DNA from: the human T2T-CHM13v2.0 reference genome, Homo sapiens
Strand: one strand, 5' to 3'
DNA length: 64,000 nucleotides
Assembly (NCBI RefSeq): GCF_009914755.1
Contig: NC_060926.1
Numbering within the stretch: position 1 is the stretch's first letter; the number at the start of each line of letters is the position of its first letter. The notes under the pieces are model-generated. The model saw only the letters and a program-made list of their open reading frames with translations, was not told the origin of the DNA and searched no databases. Shown in pieces: positions 59,197 through 64,000 of the stretch. The translations under genes and the position numbers were made by a program.

Positions 59197-60274
59197 TTAA
59201 AAACCATTGATTGTTGAAGTAATATTAACAGATGAATCACGTACAGGGTCCCCATCCCCTAGGCATCCTCTTATGCAGTAATAAGGGCCCCTGAGGTTAT
59301 TTAAATACTTCAAAAACGAAATGGAAACTGTACATCTACCAAGAACGCCTGCTAAGGCGAATTAAGCAATCAAATGTCTCACTGTTGGTTAGAATTAGAT
59401 CAAAAGGGTAGAAGACACTGGGTAACTAAAATAGATGCTAATCAAAAGTTGAGATTGACAGTTATGTCTTTGGTTAATTGTAAACAGGTAAGAATTATTA
59501 CCTACAAATAGGTAGAGGCAGCCTTCGAAGAGTAATTTTAGTTTATTTGTTCATTTAGAGGTCTGGTTCATGAAATGTCTGGGGACCACTGACCTATATA
59601 AGAGATCTAATTGCACAATGTCCAGGCAGTCTACCCAAGAACTTCTACATAGTTTCCAACTGGGAGACACAGCAAACAAGCTGAAATGTTATTATTAAAC
59701 CCATGGACACCTGATTCATTGTCATCTATCAGGACACCATCATGTTAAACAAATATATTCCCAGGAAAATCAAACCCATACTGCAGGATAATGGAGGGGT
59801 GGGGTTCGTTTTGGTTTGGTTTTGGTTTGTTTTTATCCAATACACTTAATCTGCCTAAGGTCCCCATCCTACCTCAAAATACCTGCATTTCTCTTCAGAA
59901 GCAGTCTGTTCAGTATGCATCCATTTTCATTTTATTATTTATTTATTGTTGCCTTTTCAACTATTACTGGTCTAGAAATAAGGTCACTGTATGATCTTTT
60001 CACTGAAAACTGATTAAATTTAAAAACACACACACACGCACATACACGTCTGGCCTCTAGCCATGTAATGGCAGTACCGATGCTAACAGCAGCTGTTCAC
60101 TGTGTGCCAGCCTCCACCCAAGCATTTCGCCTGGACTGTCCCACTGCCTGCATTCAACACAATTATTTCTGCTGAGCCTACCATGTGCCAGACACTGTTC
60201 TAGGCACAGAGAATACAACAGTGAGTGACACACAGTTCCCTGTTGGTGCCAATTGCTGTGGAGAACATGTAAGC

Positions 60275-60902
60275 TGGCTTTAAGTCTTTCAGCCTGGAGG
60301 AGGCCAAGATGTAACTTTCTTCCAGTGTCCCAAATCTGGGTTCATCTGACACCAGCCGACTTGACCATGCCACCTAAGTTGGACCCTAACAAGATCAAAG
60401 TCGTATACCTGAGTTGCACCGGGAGTGAAGTCAATGCCTCATCTGTGCTGGCCACCAAGATCAGCCCCCCTGCGTCTGTCTCCAAAAAAGGTTGGTGATG
60501 ACATTGCCAAGCCAACCAGTGACTGGAGGGGTCTGAGGACTACAGTGAAACTGACCATTCAGAACAGAGAGGCCCAGATTGAGGTGGTACCTTCTGCTTC
60601 TGCCCTCGAAGCCTTCAAGGAACCACCAAGAAATAGAAAGAAACAGGAAAACATTAAACACAGTGGAAATATCACTTTTGATGAGGTCGTCAACGTTGCT
60701 CAACAGATGCATCACCAATCTTTAGCCAGAGAACTTTCTGGAACCATTAAAGAGATCCTGGGGACTTCCCAGTCTGTGGGCTGAATCTTGATGGCTGCCA
60801 CACTCATGACATCAACAATGGTGCAGTGGAATGCCCAGCTAGTTAAGAAGCACAAAGGAAAACATTTCAATAAGGGATCATTTGACAGCAAAAACCACAA
60901 AA
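60275..60902 (+). pseudogene. Processed pseudogene of ribosomal protein RPL12 (uL11)
   Basis: Includes RPL12-like 5'UTR and ATG at 60367 ([15 protein letters not shown]); frameshift, TGA and small deletions; TAA at 60844-60846; 3'UTR and decayed A-tail; no introns. 13-bp TSD AGAACATGTAAGC at 60262-60274 and 60903-60915. Inserted in an L2. Confidence 0.95.
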
Positions 60903-60915
60903 AGAACATGTAAGC

Positions 60916-62360
<1,445 letters not shown>

Positions 62361-63217
62361 TGCTAAGTGGTGGACAGGTAGGCTGACTCCTGAGTCCAAG
62401 CTTTTAAACGCCATATTTATGCAGCCTTAACATGCAATAGACTTTACCTCTGATTCAGAGTCATATCTTTTTTCAGTTAATACCCTGCTAGTTGTATTGT
62501 TGCTGAGGAGCACCACCTGATTCCAAATCTAGAAAGGCTCTGTCCAGCTCATCTTCCCGATCCCAGATGATTGCCCAGATAAACCACACTGACCTTGTTA
62601 CATCCTCAGGTGCCACCTTTCCCATTTTCTCTTTTCAAGTTAACACAGCTCAGGGGCTTTTCTGCTTTTTTATGCCAAGGGCTGTATCTTATTCACCTTC
62701 ATATCCCCAAATACTGAAATACTTGCCATATACTACTACATAGGAGCTCAAAAAGAGTTTTTTAAAGAAATGAATCTTATCTTGTACAATTTCTTCAATA
62801 CCTACAGATCTGTTCTGACCAAAGGGCACCCGGATTCCCACTGTGTGCACCAATAACCATTCCTGTGGAACACTGATCCTGCCCTACCAGACATGTCTTC
62901 AGCAGGGCACAGGCTGAAAGAAGAGTCTTCAGGACTCTTCTTTACCTTACTTTGCCCACTGGCGAGCCCCCGGACCCTTGCACTTACTGTACTGGTGCAA
63001 CTGCCTCTGCCTCTCTCATACTGATATCCTCAGGGTAGGGCTATTTATCTCTACAAAAAAAAAAAATCCTTCACTACCCCATTTCACTGTTAAAATATAT
63101 GGCAATTAGAAGAAGCCATAGATTTTAACATTAGGGTGGTTTAAAAGAAAAAAAAACTGAACCACGATTAACATGTCCCTTCTAACTTGTTGCAACTGTT
63201 CCCAGAAGGAAAAGACA

Positions 63218-63388
63218 ACCGGGCATGGTGGCTCATGCCTGTAATCCCAAGACTTTGGGAAGCTGAGGCAGGAGGACCATTTGAGGCCTGGAGTTGAAGG
63301 TTACAATGAGCTATGATCACGACACTGCCCTCCATCCTGGGTGACAGAGCAGGACTGTGTCTCAAAAAAGAAAAAAGAGAGAGAGAAA
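63218..63388 (+). mobile_element. Alu monomer (FRAM/FAM-like)
   Basis: Single-arm Alu with A/GA tail. Confidence 0.8.
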
Positions 63389-63644
63389 ACATGGCCATGG
63401 GTGACTGAGACACAGAAGCTACAAGCTTCTGAATCAAACTGAGATTTTAACAGACACCTGTGTAGTCCATCCAGTGAAAAAGAACAAGGCACAATGACAA
63501 CTGCATATTGCAAGCTAACTCCGTAACACCCAGCACACCCTCAGCTCCTCCCATCCTAGCATCCCTGGACCTGCAATAACTGCACTTTTCCAAGATTACT
63601 CTTCAGCAGACCAGCCACAATGAAGCTGGCTTTACATTATCCTT

Positions 63645-64000
63645 TTCATTCAACAAATATTTTTTGAGCATCTGCTATGGCAAGGCACTCTTCTGGATAC
63701 TGGGGATGCAGAAGCAAACAAAACAGACAAAAATCCCTACCCTTATGAAGATGACATAGGGGAAGGGGCAGCAATAAACAAAAATTTTTATCAGATGGTG
63801 ATTAAGTGCTATAAATAAAAATAAAGCAGGGAAGGCAGATGGTAGTGGTGGCAGCAGTTGATGTCACCTTTACGAGAGTAATCAGGAAGAAACTCATTGA
63901 GAGACGCTTGAGCCAAAGCCAGATGGAGGTAAGGGAGCAAGCCTGTGGATAAATGAGGGGAGAATTTCCCAGGGGGAAGAAAGAGCAAGTATAAAAGGCA
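63645..64000 (-). mobile_element. L2 3' portion
   Basis: ttcattcaacaaatatttttgagcatctgctatg... is an L2 tail. Confidence 0.8.

Overview
Primate (almost certainly human) genomic DNA, repeat-rich and intron-dominated. It carries the last two coding exons and poly(A) signal of the axonemal dynein heavy chain gene DNAH6 (+ strand, ending ~5.35 kb). Converging on it tail-to-tail are coding exons 2-7 of TRABD2A/TIKI1 (- strand, 56544->7684; exon 1 lies beyond the right edge), the Wnt-cleaving metalloprotease. TRABD2A introns hold many Alu, L1, L2, MIR, MaLR/ERVL LTR and DNA-transposon relics and an RPL12 processed pseudogene. The most notable non-obvious feature is a decayed, intron-containing GARIN/FAM71-family (DUF3699) gene on the + strand, nested antisense in TRABD2A intron 2 (~36403-38737). 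It is scattered over several ORF-track frames, cut by an MLT1 LTR and missing its 3' end, and it may be the dead parent of the intronless GARIN4/FAM71A. Other points of interest are a palindromic templated-insertion scar inside an L1, two long non-Alu hairpins, an old local inverted duplication, inverted Alus around a stop-free 561-nt exon 2, and a cryptic GC donor that could give a soluble TIKI1. There is no prokaryotic or CRISPR-type system. Repeat subfamily names and protein homologies come from recalled consensus sequences and need confirmation by RepeatMasker/BLAST; repeat boundaries are approximate.
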